This document shows, piece by piece, positions 1 to 10,159 of a stretch of 64,000 nt of DNA. The stretch covers positions 143,598 to 207,597 of the forward strand of contig JBGAON010000005.1 of assembly GCA_044221725.1 (NCBI GenBank), in the 5' to 3' direction. This DNA comes from Elusimicrobiota bacterium. Its GTDB lineage: Bacteria; Elusimicrobiota; Elusimicrobia; F11. The notes under the pieces were generated by a model. That model ran no database searches, had not been told where the DNA came from, and worked only from the letters and a program-made list of their open reading frames with translations. Position 1 is the stretch's first letter. Each line of letters begins with the position of its first letter. The position numbers and the translations under genes were made by a program.

Positions 1-43
1 TTTTCCGTCGGAAATTGTAAAATTTCCCTATGATCGTGTCGGT

Positions 44-73
44 TTGACACAAAACAATATGTTGTAGTAGAAA
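44..73 (+). promoter_or_regulatory. Putative sigma70 promoter of nrdJ with an NrdR box (52-67) in the spacer
   Basis: TTGACA at 44-49; AAACAATATGTTGTAG at 52-67 matches the NrdR-box consensus acaCwAtATaTwGtgt; weak -10 candidate TAGAAA at 68-73; lies directly upstream of a ribonucleotide reductase gene. Confidence 0.7.
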
Positions 74-115
74 GCCACTCTGCCCCAACGGGCGGTAGTG
101 TTCAAATTTTAAGAG

Positions 116-3100
116 GTGAGTTCCCCTATGCCGACTCCATCCCTAGCCAAACCCAGCAAAATCAAAAAAGGTCTTAAGATTGCACCACGGTTCTGTCCAA
201 CCGGTGTTGATCCGTTCGATGTCATTGAATGGGAGCAACGCAGTTCGATTATTTCGAACCCGGACGGCTCTGTTGTATTCAAAATGGAGAACGCGCGTAT
301 TCCGCGCGGCTGGTCGCAAGTGGCGACCGACATTTTGGCGCAAAAATATTTCCGCCGTGCCGGCGTTCCGGTCGCTTTGAAGAAAGTTGCCGAATCCGAT
401 GTTCCCGAGTGGTTGCAGCGTTCGGTTCCGGATACGGCCGAACTGTCCAAGCTTCCCGAAAGCCAACGCTTCACCGGTGAATCGGACGCCGCGCAGGTGT
501 TCAACCGGTTGGCCGGATGCTGGACCTATTGGGGCTACAAATACGGCTATTTCGCGTCCGAAGAGGATGCTCGCTCCTATTATAATGAGATGGTGGTGAT
601 GTTGGCCCGCCAAGTCGCCGCTCCGAATTCCCCGCAGTGGTTTAACACCGGTCTCAATTGGGCCTACGGAATTGAAGGACCGGCCCAAGGTCATTATTTC
701 GTCGACCCGGCCACGAGCCACATGCTTCGTTCGACGAATGCTTACGAACATCCGCAGCCACACGCATGCTTTATCCAATCGGTCTCCGACGATTTGGTGA
801 ACGAAGGTGGCATCATGGATCTGTGGGTGCGCGAGGCGCGCATCTTTAAGTACGGTTCCGGCACCGGTTCGAATTTTTCGTCGATCCGTGGTGTGGGGGA
901 GCCGCTAAGCGGCGGAGGAAAGTCCTCGGGCCTAATGTCGTTCTTGCGTATTGGTGACCGTGCGGCGGGCGCCATCAAATCCGGCGGCACCACGCGGCGC
1001 GCCGCAAAAATGGTGACGCTCGACGTCGACCACCCGGATGTCGAGGAATATATTAATTGGAAGGTCGTTGAAGAGCAGAAGGTTGCCGCGCTCGTGACCG
1101 GTTCCAAGCTCTGCGAAAAACATCTAAACGAAATCATCAAAGCCGCGCACGCGTGGCCCGAAGGGAAAGAGAAATTTGACCGCAAAAAGAATACGCGGCT
1201 TTCCGCCGCCATCCGCGCCGCGGCGGGTGCCTGCGTACCTGCCAATTATGTGGAGCGCGCGCTGCAGCTGGCGCAACAGGGTGTGACCGGCATCAAATTC
1301 CCGGTGTACAACACCGACTGGAACTCCGATGCGTACGTGACCGTGTCCGGACAGAATTCGAACAACTCGCTGCGCGTGACGAACGCCTTCATGGAAGCCG
1401 TGGAAAAAGGCGGCGAGTGGCAGCTCGTGTGGCGCACCGAAAAAGCGAAAGCCGCCCGCGAAGGCCGCGAGCCGAACCCGTGCAAAACAGTGGACGCCCG
1501 CGAACTGTGGGAACAAATCACTTACGCGGCCTGGGGCTGCGCTGATCCGGGTCTTCAGTACGACACAACGATCAACGAATGGCACACCTGTCCCGAAGAT
1601 GGTCGCATTAACGCGTCCAACCCTTGCAGCGAATACATGTTCTTGGACGACACCGCCTGCAACTTGGCGTCGCTCAATCTCATGAAATTCCACGACGAGA
1701 CCACGGGCCAGTTCAATATTGAACTTTATCGCCACGCCAACCGGTTGTGGACGATCACGCTCGAGATCAGTGTGCTCATGGCGCAGTTCCCGAGCGAAGC
1801 GATCGCCCAAAAGTCGTACGACTTCCGCACATTGGGCCTTGGTTACGCAAACTTGGGCGCGTACTTGATGGTGAACGGCATTCCATACGACTCGAAACAG
1901 GCGCTTGCCATTTGCGGTGCGCTCACAGCGATCATGCACTGCGTGGCCTATGCCACCTCCGCGGAAATGGCGCAAGTAAAAGGTCCGTTCCCACGTTACT
2001 TTGCCAATCGCGAGGCGATGCTCAAAGTTATCCGCAACCATCGTCGCGCCGCTTACAACGTGCCTCAGGAAGAGTATGAAGGCTTGACCGTTAAACCGAT
2101 GCCGATTGATCCGGCGAATTGCCCAGCGGACATGTTAAAAGCCGCTCGCGAAGATGCCGATCAAATGCTCGCGCTCGGTGAGCTGTACGGTTATCGGAAC
2201 GCGCAGGTGACGGTTATTGCTCCGACCGGCACCATCGGTCTTGTAATGGACTGCGACACCACCGGCATCGAGCCAGACTTCGCTCTCGTGAAATTTAAAA
2301 AGCTCGCGGGCGGTGGATATTTCAAAATTATTAATAGCTCCATTCCGCCGGCGCTTCGCAAACTCGGTTACACCACGCCACAGATTGAAGCGATTGTTCA
2401 ATATTGCCGTGGCGCCGGTTCCATTAAAGGCGCGCCGCACATCAATCCGGAATCGCTGAAAGCAAAGGGATTCACGGACGAGGTTCTCAAGAAAATTGAC
2501 GACTCTCTGCCGCAGGCGTTCGACATTAACTTCGTGTTCAACAAATTCTCCCTCGGCGAGGAATTCTGCACGAAGACGCTTGGTATTTCCGAGGCGCAGC
2601 TCAACGATTGGACATTCAACATGCTCAAGTTCTTGGGCTTCACCGGCGAACAAATTGCCGAAGCGAACGCCTATGTGTGCGGCACGATGATGCTGGAAGG
2701 TGCGCCGCACTTGAAAGAGGAGCATTTGGCTGTGTTCGATTGCGCGAACAAGTGCGGAACGAAAGGCAAACGCTTCATTGCTCCGCTCGCGCACATTGGA
2801 ATGATGGGCGCCGCGCAACCGTTTATCTCGGGTGCGATCTCAAAGACAATTAATTTTCCAGCCGAGGCGACGATCGACGACATCAAAGACGCGTACATGA
2901 AGTCGTGGCGTTACATGATCAAAGCGAACGCGCTGTACCGCGACGGTTCGAAACTCAGCCAGCCGCTGAACACCGCATCGGATTCGCAAGACGACGGTGC
3001 GGCCGCGCAAGAGCCGGTAGCATCCACGCCTCTGCAAATGGCCGAAAAGATTGTTCATCGCTACATTGCGAAACGCCGCCGGCTTCCGGATCGTCGTGCG

Positions 3101-3895
3101 GGCTACACACAGAAAGCAAAAATTGGCGGCCACACGGTTTATATTCGCACCGGCGAATACGAGGGTGGCGAGCTCGGCGAACTGTTCCTCGATATGCACA
3201 AGGAAGGTGCCGCGTTCCGCAGCCTCATGAACTGTTTCGCGATCGCGGTTTCGCTCGGTCTTCAACACGGCGTTCCGCTCGAAGAATTCGTCGAAGCCTT
3301 TGTGTTCACGCGGTTCGAACCGAACGGCATGGTGAACGGCAACCCGCGCATCAAAATGTCCACGTCGATTATCGATTACATCTTCCGCGAACTCGCGATC
3401 ACGTACTTGGATCGCCAAGACCTGGCGCAGGTTCAACTCGAAGACATTCGCGTCGATTCCGTCACGAAAGGTGTGGAGTTTGAATCCGAAGAAGTAATGT
3501 TCGAACGCGTGGTTCCGTTCCGCGAACCGTCGCCGTTTAAATTCACAACGCCGCGCTCGGGTCACGTTGAAAACGACAACGTCGAGAAACTCGATATTTC
3601 AAAACCGAAGTCCGACGAGCCGGTGCCAACAACGCCGCGCTTGGGCACCGTCGCTGCCACCGCCTCACCGGTGGTCAAAGAAGGAACAACGGTCGCCGGA
3701 TTTGTGGCCTCGGTCCCGGTGCAGTTGTCGTCCGCGGCGCGCCCCGGCAAATCCGACTCCGCCCGCCGCATGCACGAAGCGAAGCTCAAAGGCTACGAAG
3801 GCGACCCCTGCCGCGAATGCGGTCAGTTCACAATGGTGCGAAACGGCACGTGCCTCAAATGCAACACCTGCGGCGCCACCTCCGGCTGCTCGTAA
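116..3895 (+). CDS. nrdJ: Vitamin B12-dependent (class II) ribonucleotide reductase, 1259 aa
   Basis: Motifs [39 protein letters not shown] (thiyl-radical Cys), [30 protein letters not shown]; C-terminal TSCPD-like region and CxxC..CxxC-GCS tail. Confidence 0.97.
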   Translation: MSSPMPTPSLAKPSKIKKGLKIAPRFCPTGVDPFDVIEWEQRSSIISNPDGSVVFKMENARIPRGWSQVATDILAQKYFRRAGVPVALKKVAESDVPEWLQRSVPDTAELSKLPESQRFTGESDAAQVFNRLAGCWTYWGYKYGYFASEEDARSYYNEMVVMLARQVAAPNSPQWFNTGLNWAYGIEGPAQGHYFVDPATSHMLRSTNAYEHPQPHACFIQSVSDDLVNEGGIMDLWVREARIFKYGSGTGSNFSSIRGVGEPLSGGGKSSGLMSFLRIGDRAAGAIKSGGTTRRAAKMVTLDVDHPDVEEYINWKVVEEQKVAALVTGSKLCEKHLNEIIKAAHAWPEGKEKFDRKKNTRLSAAIRAAAGACVPANYVERALQLAQQGVTGIKFPVYNTDWNSDAYVTVSGQNSNNSLRVTNAFMEAVEKGGEWQLVWRTEKAKAAREGREPNPCKTVDARELWEQITYAAWGCADPGLQYDTTINEWHTCPEDGRINASNPCSEYMFLDDTACNLASLNLMKFHDETTGQFNIELYRHANRLWTITLEISVLMAQFPSEAIAQKSYDFRTLGLGYANLGAYLMVNGIPYDSKQALAICGALTAIMHCVAYATSAEMAQVKGPFPRYFANREAMLKVIRNHRRAAYNVPQEEYEGLTVKPMPIDPANCPADMLKAAREDADQMLALGELYGYRNAQVTVIAPTGTIGLVMDCDTTGIEPDFALVKFKKLAGGGYFKIINSSIPPALRKLGYTTPQIEAIVQYCRGAGSIKGAPHINPESLKAKGFTDEVLKKIDDSLPQAFDINFVFNKFSLGEEFCTKTLGISEAQLNDWTFNMLKFLGFTGEQIAEANAYVCGTMMLEGAPHLKEEHLAVFDCANKCGTKGKRFIAPLAHIGMMGAAQPFISGAISKTINFPAEATIDDIKDAYMKSWRYMIKANALYRDGSKLSQPLNTASDSQDDGAAAQEPVASTPLQMAEKIVHRYIAKRRRLPDRRAGYTQKAKIGGHTVYIRTGEYEGGELGELFLDMHKEGAAFRSLMNCFAIAVSLGLQHGVPLEEFVEAFVFTRFEPNGMVNGNPRIKMSTSIIDYIFRELAITYLDRQDLAQVQLEDIRVDSVTKGVEFESEEVMFERVVPFREPSPFKFTTPRSGHVENDNVEKLDISKPKSDEPVPTTPRLGTVAATASPVVKEGTTVAGFVASVPVQLSSAARPGKSDSARRMHEAKLKGYEGDPCRECGQFTMVRNGTCLKCNTCGATSGCS

Positions 3896-3923
3896 GTTAG
3901 ACCGGTCTTCAATCTTAAAAGAC

Positions 3924-3966
3924 AACGCCCTCCGCATGGGTTCATGCGGAGGGCGTTTTGTTTATT
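3924..3966 (+). terminator. Rho-independent terminator after nrdJ
   Basis: Perfect 15-bp stem AACGCCCTCCGCATG / CATGCGGAGGGCGTT with a GGTT loop, followed by TTGTTTATT. Confidence 0.9.
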
Positions 3967-4974
3967 ACGTCGCGGGTATTATTTTGCTGTTCAACCAATT
4001 ATCCAAACAACAGTTTCCTCAAAGATTTAATTCGGGAGTTCCCCTCGTTTCTCGACGGTATTTTCGCTGCATTTTCGGATGCAATTTATCACGGAGCAAC
4101 GACGTGAATTGATGTAGCAAGTAAAAAGTTCGGTTATAAATTTAACTTGTATGCGTGACTTGCGAACCAAACAAGCGATCAAATGTTTAAGCCAACGTCG
4201 CTTCTCATTCAATCGTTGGTCGCGCGGAACGACGCTCGTCGAGCTCATGCTCGCTGTTGCTATTTTGAGCATTATTGGTTTGGGGCTCGTCGGTACATTT
4301 GGCAGCGTCGGCAGAGCCATTCAATTTTCAAAAAACCGAACGCTCGCTTCAAACTTGGCGCAGGAAAAAATTCAGATTCTAAAAGAACAAAGTTTCAATA
4401 GAGTTCTTGTCACGACAGCTCCCGCTTATTTAACCGCCTTTAGTCCTGCGGTGCCTTATGATCAGGGTTATTACACTCCCGAATCGATTTTGGAAGGAGG
4501 CAAAAACTTCACGCGCTACACCTATGTTGAAGTGACCGACGAAAACAGTGGTTCTCTGGTTTATTCTGGAGCCGCTCCTGATACGGGAATGAAAGCCATA
4601 ACGGTGACCGTAACATGGTCGGAAGGAACCAGCAGCAAAAAACTCCAAATAAGAAACATTCTTGGAAATATCAACATGAGAATGAACAACTCAATTGTTA
4701 AAGGAGTTGTTACCCGATTTGGCACCGCCACCGGAATTCAGGGTGCGCTTGTAACCATGGCCGAAAATGTAGGTTACCAGGATTACACGGACGCGAGTGG
4801 AAATTACCTTATCAATTTACTTCCCGGGACTTACACGATGAATGTTACCGCCAAAGGTTATTTTCCCGCCTATATGACACTTTCCGTTTCTCCGACAGCT
4901 ATCAATCAACCAATTTCTTTGGTGGCGATGGGCTCTGGCACCGTGCAAGGAACCGCGTGGATAAACGATCACTT

Positions 4975-6379
4975 CCGTCAATCCTTTTTTCAGTTGGAAT
5001 TGCCCATGGCTCTCAAGCCGCCATCAATAATTCCGCTTGTTGATTTTGCTGATTCATCCGTTGCATCGCCAGTCGTAACATCGGCAGCGAACGATACCCT
5101 TTAACCTTTCGCAGCTTTGGTTCGACCGTTATTAGAACTGTTCCCAACCATCGCTGCCGTTGATCAGAATTTTTCCAGTGACAGACTCGATTGGTTTTTG
5201 TTTCCACCAATTTGTTCACGTTTTCAATTACGTTCGTCGTTTTGAAACTGATGCCAAGCTGCTCAAAGATCCCAAGTTTCTGCAGCATTAGCGTGTCTTC
5301 GAATCCTTCGTCGAGGCTATTGGCTGCAGAAACATTTACCCGTGACAGCTCGGTTCGAATTTCTTTGAGTGCATTCTTGGCTTGCGTGTACGAACTCGTC
5401 TCATAAGCAACCTGTAGTTTTGGCCGGAAATAATTTTTGTCCGTCTCGCTCAAGTACGACAACACATCCTCGCGCTTGTGCCACGTGCACCGTTGGACAA
5501 ACGCCGTGTCCGGGAATTCGTCATCCACACCTTTGCGGATTCCTTTGCTTCCGTCCATGACGAACAGAATCTCTTTGTCCACACGAAGTCCACGCGCCTT
5601 CAACCCTTGAAAGAATTGTCGAATGACGCGGTGGTTCTCCGAACTCGTCTCTACAAACCCGAGAACCACTTTGTCGCCGGTCAGCGTGATCCCGACGGCG
5701 ATCACCATCTCCTTCTCACGCGAGAACGCTTTGCCGTCGATAAAAATCGCGATGATGTCGTAACTCGACAAGTTGCGTTCTTGCAGCGCACGTAGTTTCT
5801 TGGCAGACGAGCGGATCCACCGCCGGCTCACGCTGTTGCGCTTCAGTCCCATCGTTTGCGCGATCTGTAAGGCCGATTCCTCGTAATTGCCGGCGCTGAT
5901 CCCATGAATCATTCGCGACAGCGTCACCGCCTCGATTGTTGTCGGCTCCTGCAGCGCCGCATAACTCATTAGCGGTATTTCCTCGCCTGTCTTTTTGTTC
6001 CGAACACGCGGAACCAGCGTCCTCACTTTCTGGTCGTACATGTACACCGATCCAGCGTTGAAGCCGTGTCGTCCATTTTCATGACCTCGATTGTGATAGC
6101 GAGGTCCCGCCAACTTGAAAACTTCCGCTTGCAGTTTTTCTTTCACTGCGTTCAACCCCAACGGAATCAATGCTTGGATCATCGCTATCTTTGCCGTCTC
6201 TTCTGGATTTTCTTGCCGCAATTGCTCTCGCAGCATTTCTTTCTTCTTGATGCGTATACCTGGATTTTTTACTGTCATCTTCACCTGTGGCCTCCTTTCG
6301 GCTCTATGATTTCTCGTCGAAACCATTAAAGCGTCTGTGAGGTCATGGGTCAAATTTCAACTGAATTTAGGAAACCGCC
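4975..6379 (-). mobile_element. IS256-family insertion sequence, 1405 bp
   Basis: 9-bp direct repeat CGATCACTT at 4966-4974 and 6380-6388; imperfect terminal inverted repeats sharing TCCT...TTCAGTTG.AATT; encodes a Mutator-type transposase. Confidence 0.9.
5013..6353 (-). CDS. IS256/Mutator-family DDE transposase (true start may be the downstream MTVK Met near 6278)
   Basis: Motifs VPRVR, IFIDGK, VMDGSKG, QRCTWHK, TTNVIEN typical of IS256 transposases. Confidence 0.92.
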   Translation of the reverse strand: MTHDLTDALMVSTRNHRAERRPQVKMTVKNPGIRIKKKEMLREQLRQENPEETAKIAMIQALIPLGLNAVKEKLQAEVFKLAGPRYHNRGHENGRHGFNAGSVYMYDQKVRTLVPRVRNKKTGEEIPLMSYAALQEPTTIEAVTLSRMIHGISAGNYEESALQIAQTMGLKRNSVSRRWIRSSAKKLRALQERNLSSYDIIAIFIDGKAFSREKEMVIAVGITLTGDKVVLGFVETSSENHRVIRQFFQGLKARGLRVDKEILFVMDGSKGIRKGVDDEFPDTAFVQRCTWHKREDVLSYLSETDKNYFRPKLQVAYETSSYTQAKNALKEIRTELSRVNVSAANSLDEGFEDTLMLQKLGIFEQLGISFKTTNVIENVNKLVETKTNRVCHWKNSDQRQRWLGTVLITVEPKLRKVKGYRSLPMLRLAMQRMNQQNQQAELLMAA

Positions 6380-8151
6380 CGATCACTTGGTGATTAGCCA
6401 AGTTGTTGGAAACTCCATTAGTCCTTCTGGTTTTAATCAAGAATGGGTGGAAGTTTTTAATCCCACCACATGGACGTGGACTGCGTCGAATGTCGGACTT
6501 AAATTCCAACGCGCGCCCAGCATCGATCCTGTCCCCGTCAACATTGCGATTAACTACGTTTCTGCGTCCATCGCGCCGGGCCAATTTTATTTGTTTGCAA
6601 ACACAACCACGATCACGGCCTCCGGGGCACCGGTGAGCGCGGATGCGACTTGGAGTTTAACGGCTGGCACCAACGACACCGCTTTTAATCCACGGTTCAG
6701 TGCAGCGAGTCCCAACATCATCACTACCTACGAAGATTCAAGTGCGTGGGGGAGAGGAAGCCTGATACTTTACAATGTCGCCAACGGATACACATTGGAC
6801 ATGATGGGATGGAAAGGCGATGGTTCTCAGTCTCCTCCTCTTTACGAAGGAAGCCCCATGACGCAAGTTCAGGGACTGAATGATAGCGAGCAGTATTTCC
6901 GTCTTTCGAGTACGAGTGGTTATAACCCGGCTTATGGGCCGGCCTATGACTCAGGAAATAACGATGTGGATTTCGGGGCATTGAGTTCGGTGGGGTGGTT
7001 ACCGAAAAATACACTTACAGCGACGGTTCCAATTGTTTCTGGTGTCCCAGCGATAGGCGCTTTTGTGACAGCGACGGATGGTCTTTCGCAAGTAGCCAAT
7101 GCCAGTTCTTTCGGGAATCCTCCTTGCGCGCGGTTCCAATTAACATCGGTGGCAACGGGAACGTGGGTCGTATTCATCGCGAGCTCCAATGTATTCATGG
7201 AAATCTCGTCCGTTACTGTTTCGCCGAACGCCACGACGTATATTCCGAATGCCACAACGTCTCCTTCATGGCCCGCTAACGGATACAACGCGGTTGTTCT
7301 TTCATCGGCAGCGACCCAAGGATATGTTACGGGAACCGTGTTAAGCGCGATGGGCATCCCTATCAGTCCGTCCATCACGGTGAGTGCCAATGCTCTGACC
7401 GCCCAAGCAAACACTTCGAACGGGTCTTATCTTTTGCCTGTTCCGCCAGGCACTTATAACGTCATGGCCAATGCTCTCAATCAGAATTCACTTTACGTAT
7501 ACGATTCGTCGGAAAGCGTTGTGGTCGCGTTGGGAGAGGTTACGTCAAATGTCAATTTCACTTTGACCCAAGGTGGAAAGATTCGCGGGTTCTGCACCCG
7601 AGATGGCACAAACGCCCTGCCGGGAATTGTGTTTACCGCAGTAAATGCCGGTGGGGCCACAATCGATCAAGAAGTTTCGGGAAGCGATGGCAGGTATTTG
7701 CTGCAAAATCTATCGACGGGAACCTACACGGTTACTCCGACATTGGATTCCGGAGAAGTGGCATCGCCGACCAGTTCGGCCGTTACCGTAACGGCGGGCG
7801 CTGTTGTTTCGGCTGCCACGTTCACCATCACGGGAGCATTTGGAAGTGTGGCGGGCAGCGTGACCGATGCGGGAGCGGCCATAAAAACAGGCGTTGTTAT
7901 CGTTTGTTCGACAATGACATTGTCCAGCGGGCCACCGCGTTTGAGTTCAAGCACGTTGACCACTGCGGCGATCTATGTGAGCAACAGCTATGAAGATGGA
8001 ACCTATGCGATGGATGTTCGGGGCAGCACAAACACCACGTACGTTTTGTACGCGTATTACCCCAAATCCAATGGAATGGGATTTACCGTGAGCTCCCGCA
8101 CGGTGACCAATGTTTCTATCACGCCGGGCGTGCGAACATCGGGAGTCAATT

Positions 8152-8655
8152 TTGCTTTCTGATTTTAAAAGAAATCGGCATGGAACGACCCTGCTCGAGA
8201 TCACGATTGTGGTCGCTATCATGGGTGTGTTGGTGATGATTGCGCCGAATTTGTATCGGCAGGTTCGAAAATTTTTTTTCCTTAATAACGCACGTATCGA
8301 TCTTCAACGCGAAGCGCGCACCGTCATGGAACTCGTCACGCGACGTTTGCGGCAAGCGCAGCCAACAACGTTGGTGATGGATCAAGTAAGTGGACAGCCT
8401 TATTATTCGCGAATTGCCTTTACGGATATCGATTCAAAAGCCACGGTCTATTATCAAAACGGTAAAAATCTCATGATGGTCGTGAATGGTTCGACATCGA
8501 CGTTGACTGCGAACTTACGTTATCTCGCATTTGCTTTGCCCCGGTCGGATGATATGGGCATTGTTTCTGTTTCAATCACACTTGAGAAAACAATCTATCA
8601 AGGTCAAACGAAGGCTCTGCACATGGCTTCAGAAAAAGTTCGGGTGATGAATTAA
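8152..8655 (+). CDS. Minor pilin / pseudopilin (PilW/GspJ-like)
   Basis: RHG|TTLLEITIVVAIMGVL prepilin motif with E at +5. The ORF track starts at 8110, but the in-frame TTG at 8152 has GGAG at 8142-8145. Confidence 0.8.
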   Translation: MLSDFKRNRHGTTLLEITIVVAIMGVLVMIAPNLYRQVRKFFFLNNARIDLQREARTVMELVTRRLRQAQPTTLVMDQVSGQPYYSRIAFTDIDSKATVYYQNGKNLMMVVNGSTSTLTANLRYLAFALPRSDDMGIVSVSITLEKTIYQGQTKALHMASEKVRVMN

Positions 8656-10070
8656 TGAGAGACAAATCGAAAGGATTTGCGCTGCCGATTGTTTTGGCGA
8701 TTCTGTTGGTTTTCATGGTTCTGCTTCCGGCCATTGTTATGTTTACGCAACAGGACACGAAAATGTCGGTGAAGACAATAAAAACAAGCCTGGCCTTTAA
8801 CCTTGCCGAAGCAGGAATTGATAGAGGCATGTGGAAGCTAAAAAGTTCATCATCCACTTTCGCCGCCGCGTTGAACGGAACCGCTGTAACCGGTTACAAC
8901 TTTGATTCAACTTACACGGACGTTCCAGGGGGCAAATACCGCATTAAATTTTCTTCAGGTCCCGCGTCCAAGCAAGTAACAATTTGGGCCGAAGGACGCG
9001 ACACCGCCGGAAATCAAACCCGGTCCATCAAAGAAGTTGTACAGAATCAGACGATCTACAGTGCGTTGATGGCGGGTGGAAATATATCGTGGGCCAAAGG
9101 CTTGTGTGTCTATTGGGGACCCATCATGTCACAAGGAGATCTCACGCTAGCCGACGACAGCGTTGCGGGTTGGTATTTCCCATTAAAATACGCGAAGGGC
9201 ACCGTGATAGGGACGGCCACAAACCCGAGAGACACGAACAGTTTGACGCCACCCAACACGGACAACACGGAGTGGTGGTCCGAATACGACGGTGTTCCCG
9301 ATGTTCCTGTTCTTGATTTTGCTGCGCTGCGATCTTCTGCCGCCGCGACCGGTACGTTAAATGTGTACGGATGTCGTTCCACTCAGGGCGGTGCCGGCAC
9401 GAATAATAGTGCGACCGCGTGGGACACACGTGCCTCTTGCTCGTCGGCCGGCGCTCATGCCACCCATTTCGGTAACTCGTGGTGCCATCCGAAATCGGCG
9501 CGCAACACTCCCTCCACGAATTATGTTTGGTATTGGGATGGAGATGTCACATTGAGCGGCGCTTGGTGTGGTTCAAGTCCTTGCAATCAAAGCACGGGAT
9601 TAAGAGGCACTTTTATTGTTCGCGGCAATCTCACAATTGATACACCGGGCGAATACAATTACACGGGCAATGTGCCTACGAACGCATGGCAGCAAGAAAA
9701 CAAATTAACGAAAACGACGTTCGACAGTTCGTCGGCCTCCGAATATCCGGGAGATCTCGGGCTTCATAACAGCAAAGCCACGTATGCTTTCGGCACGGAT
9801 AGCTGGTGTCAACCTCTATCCGGTTGCGGATGGCGAGCCACCGTCGGTCTTAGAGGGTTTACCTATGTCGGCGGGAACCTAACCATTCTCCAATACCTTG
9901 ATTTCAATGGAGCGGTGTGGGTGAATGGAACGGTAACGGCAAGCGGAGGGACCTCCACCACTTTTTGCACCGTATTTTACGACGATACGTTAACGGTGCC
10001 GGCCCTTAATGTAATTCTCATTCGTGTATCATGGAACGAAGTGGCTCCGAGTTCCACTGTCTGGAACTGA
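8655..10070 (+). CDS. PilX/GspK-like minor pilin with extended Cys/Trp-rich beta C-terminal domain, 471 aa
   Basis: KG|FALPIVLAILL lacks E5, as is typical of PilX/GspK; AFNLAEAGID motif; start overlaps the previous stop (TAATG). Confidence 0.8.
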   Translation: MRDKSKGFALPIVLAILLVFMVLLPAIVMFTQQDTKMSVKTIKTSLAFNLAEAGIDRGMWKLKSSSSTFAAALNGTAVTGYNFDSTYTDVPGGKYRIKFSSGPASKQVTIWAEGRDTAGNQTRSIKEVVQNQTIYSALMAGGNISWAKGLCVYWGPIMSQGDLTLADDSVAGWYFPLKYAKGTVIGTATNPRDTNSLTPPNTDNTEWWSEYDGVPDVPVLDFAALRSSAAATGTLNVYGCRSTQGGAGTNNSATAWDTRASCSSAGAHATHFGNSWCHPKSARNTPSTNYVWYWDGDVTLSGAWCGSSPCNQSTGLRGTFIVRGNLTIDTPGEYNYTGNVPTNAWQQENKLTKTTFDSSSASEYPGDLGLHNSKATYAFGTDSWCQPLSGCGWRATVGLRGFTYVGGNLTILQYLDFNGAVWVNGTVTASGGTSTTFCTVFYDDTLTVPALNVILIRVSWNEVAPSSTVWN

Positions 10071-10099
10071 CCTGCGACCATACGAGCAGCGGAAAGTTG

Positions 10100-10152
10100 T
10101 TACAACAAATTTGCAAGTCCTTAAGATTGGCTTAAGACAGCTCTTGTCTAAT
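10100..10152 (+). promoter_or_regulatory. Conserved four-repeat operator/promoter, copy 1
   Basis: TTAC-aacaaat-TTGC-aagtcc-TTAA-gattggc-TTAA-11nt-TCTAAT, then 7 nt to the GTG start; same spacing as copies 2-4. Confidence 0.75.
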
Positions 10153-10159
10153 AGAAATT

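Larger units (their letters stand above)
4151..8162 (+). pseudogene. Large prepilin-type (PilV/pseudopilin-like) surface protein with lamin-tail-like and carboxypeptidase-regulatory-like Ig repeats, interrupted by an IS256-family element
   Basis: N-terminal RG|TTLVELMLAVAIL type IV pilin cleavage/methylation motif. Removing the IS and one target-site copy joins 4151-4974 to 6389-8162 in frame (..WINDHLVISQVVG.., ~865 aa). Contains HLVISQV..EWVEVFNPT (LTD-like) and repeated G.V.G.V..G.Y....PGTY modules. Confidence 0.85.

Noticed and set aside
116-3895. Intein or intron in nrdJ
   Set aside because: No C/S..HN-C/S/T splice motifs or homing-endonuclease signature seen; length fits long-form NrdJ.
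3567-4112. 181-aa + strand ORF overlapping the nrdJ end
   Set aside because: Off-frame overlap that runs through the terminator; no coding signature.
6345-8162. 605-aa ORF as an independent gene (likewise 4151-5104)
   Set aside because: Both are halves of one IS-interrupted gene, with IS-derived termini.
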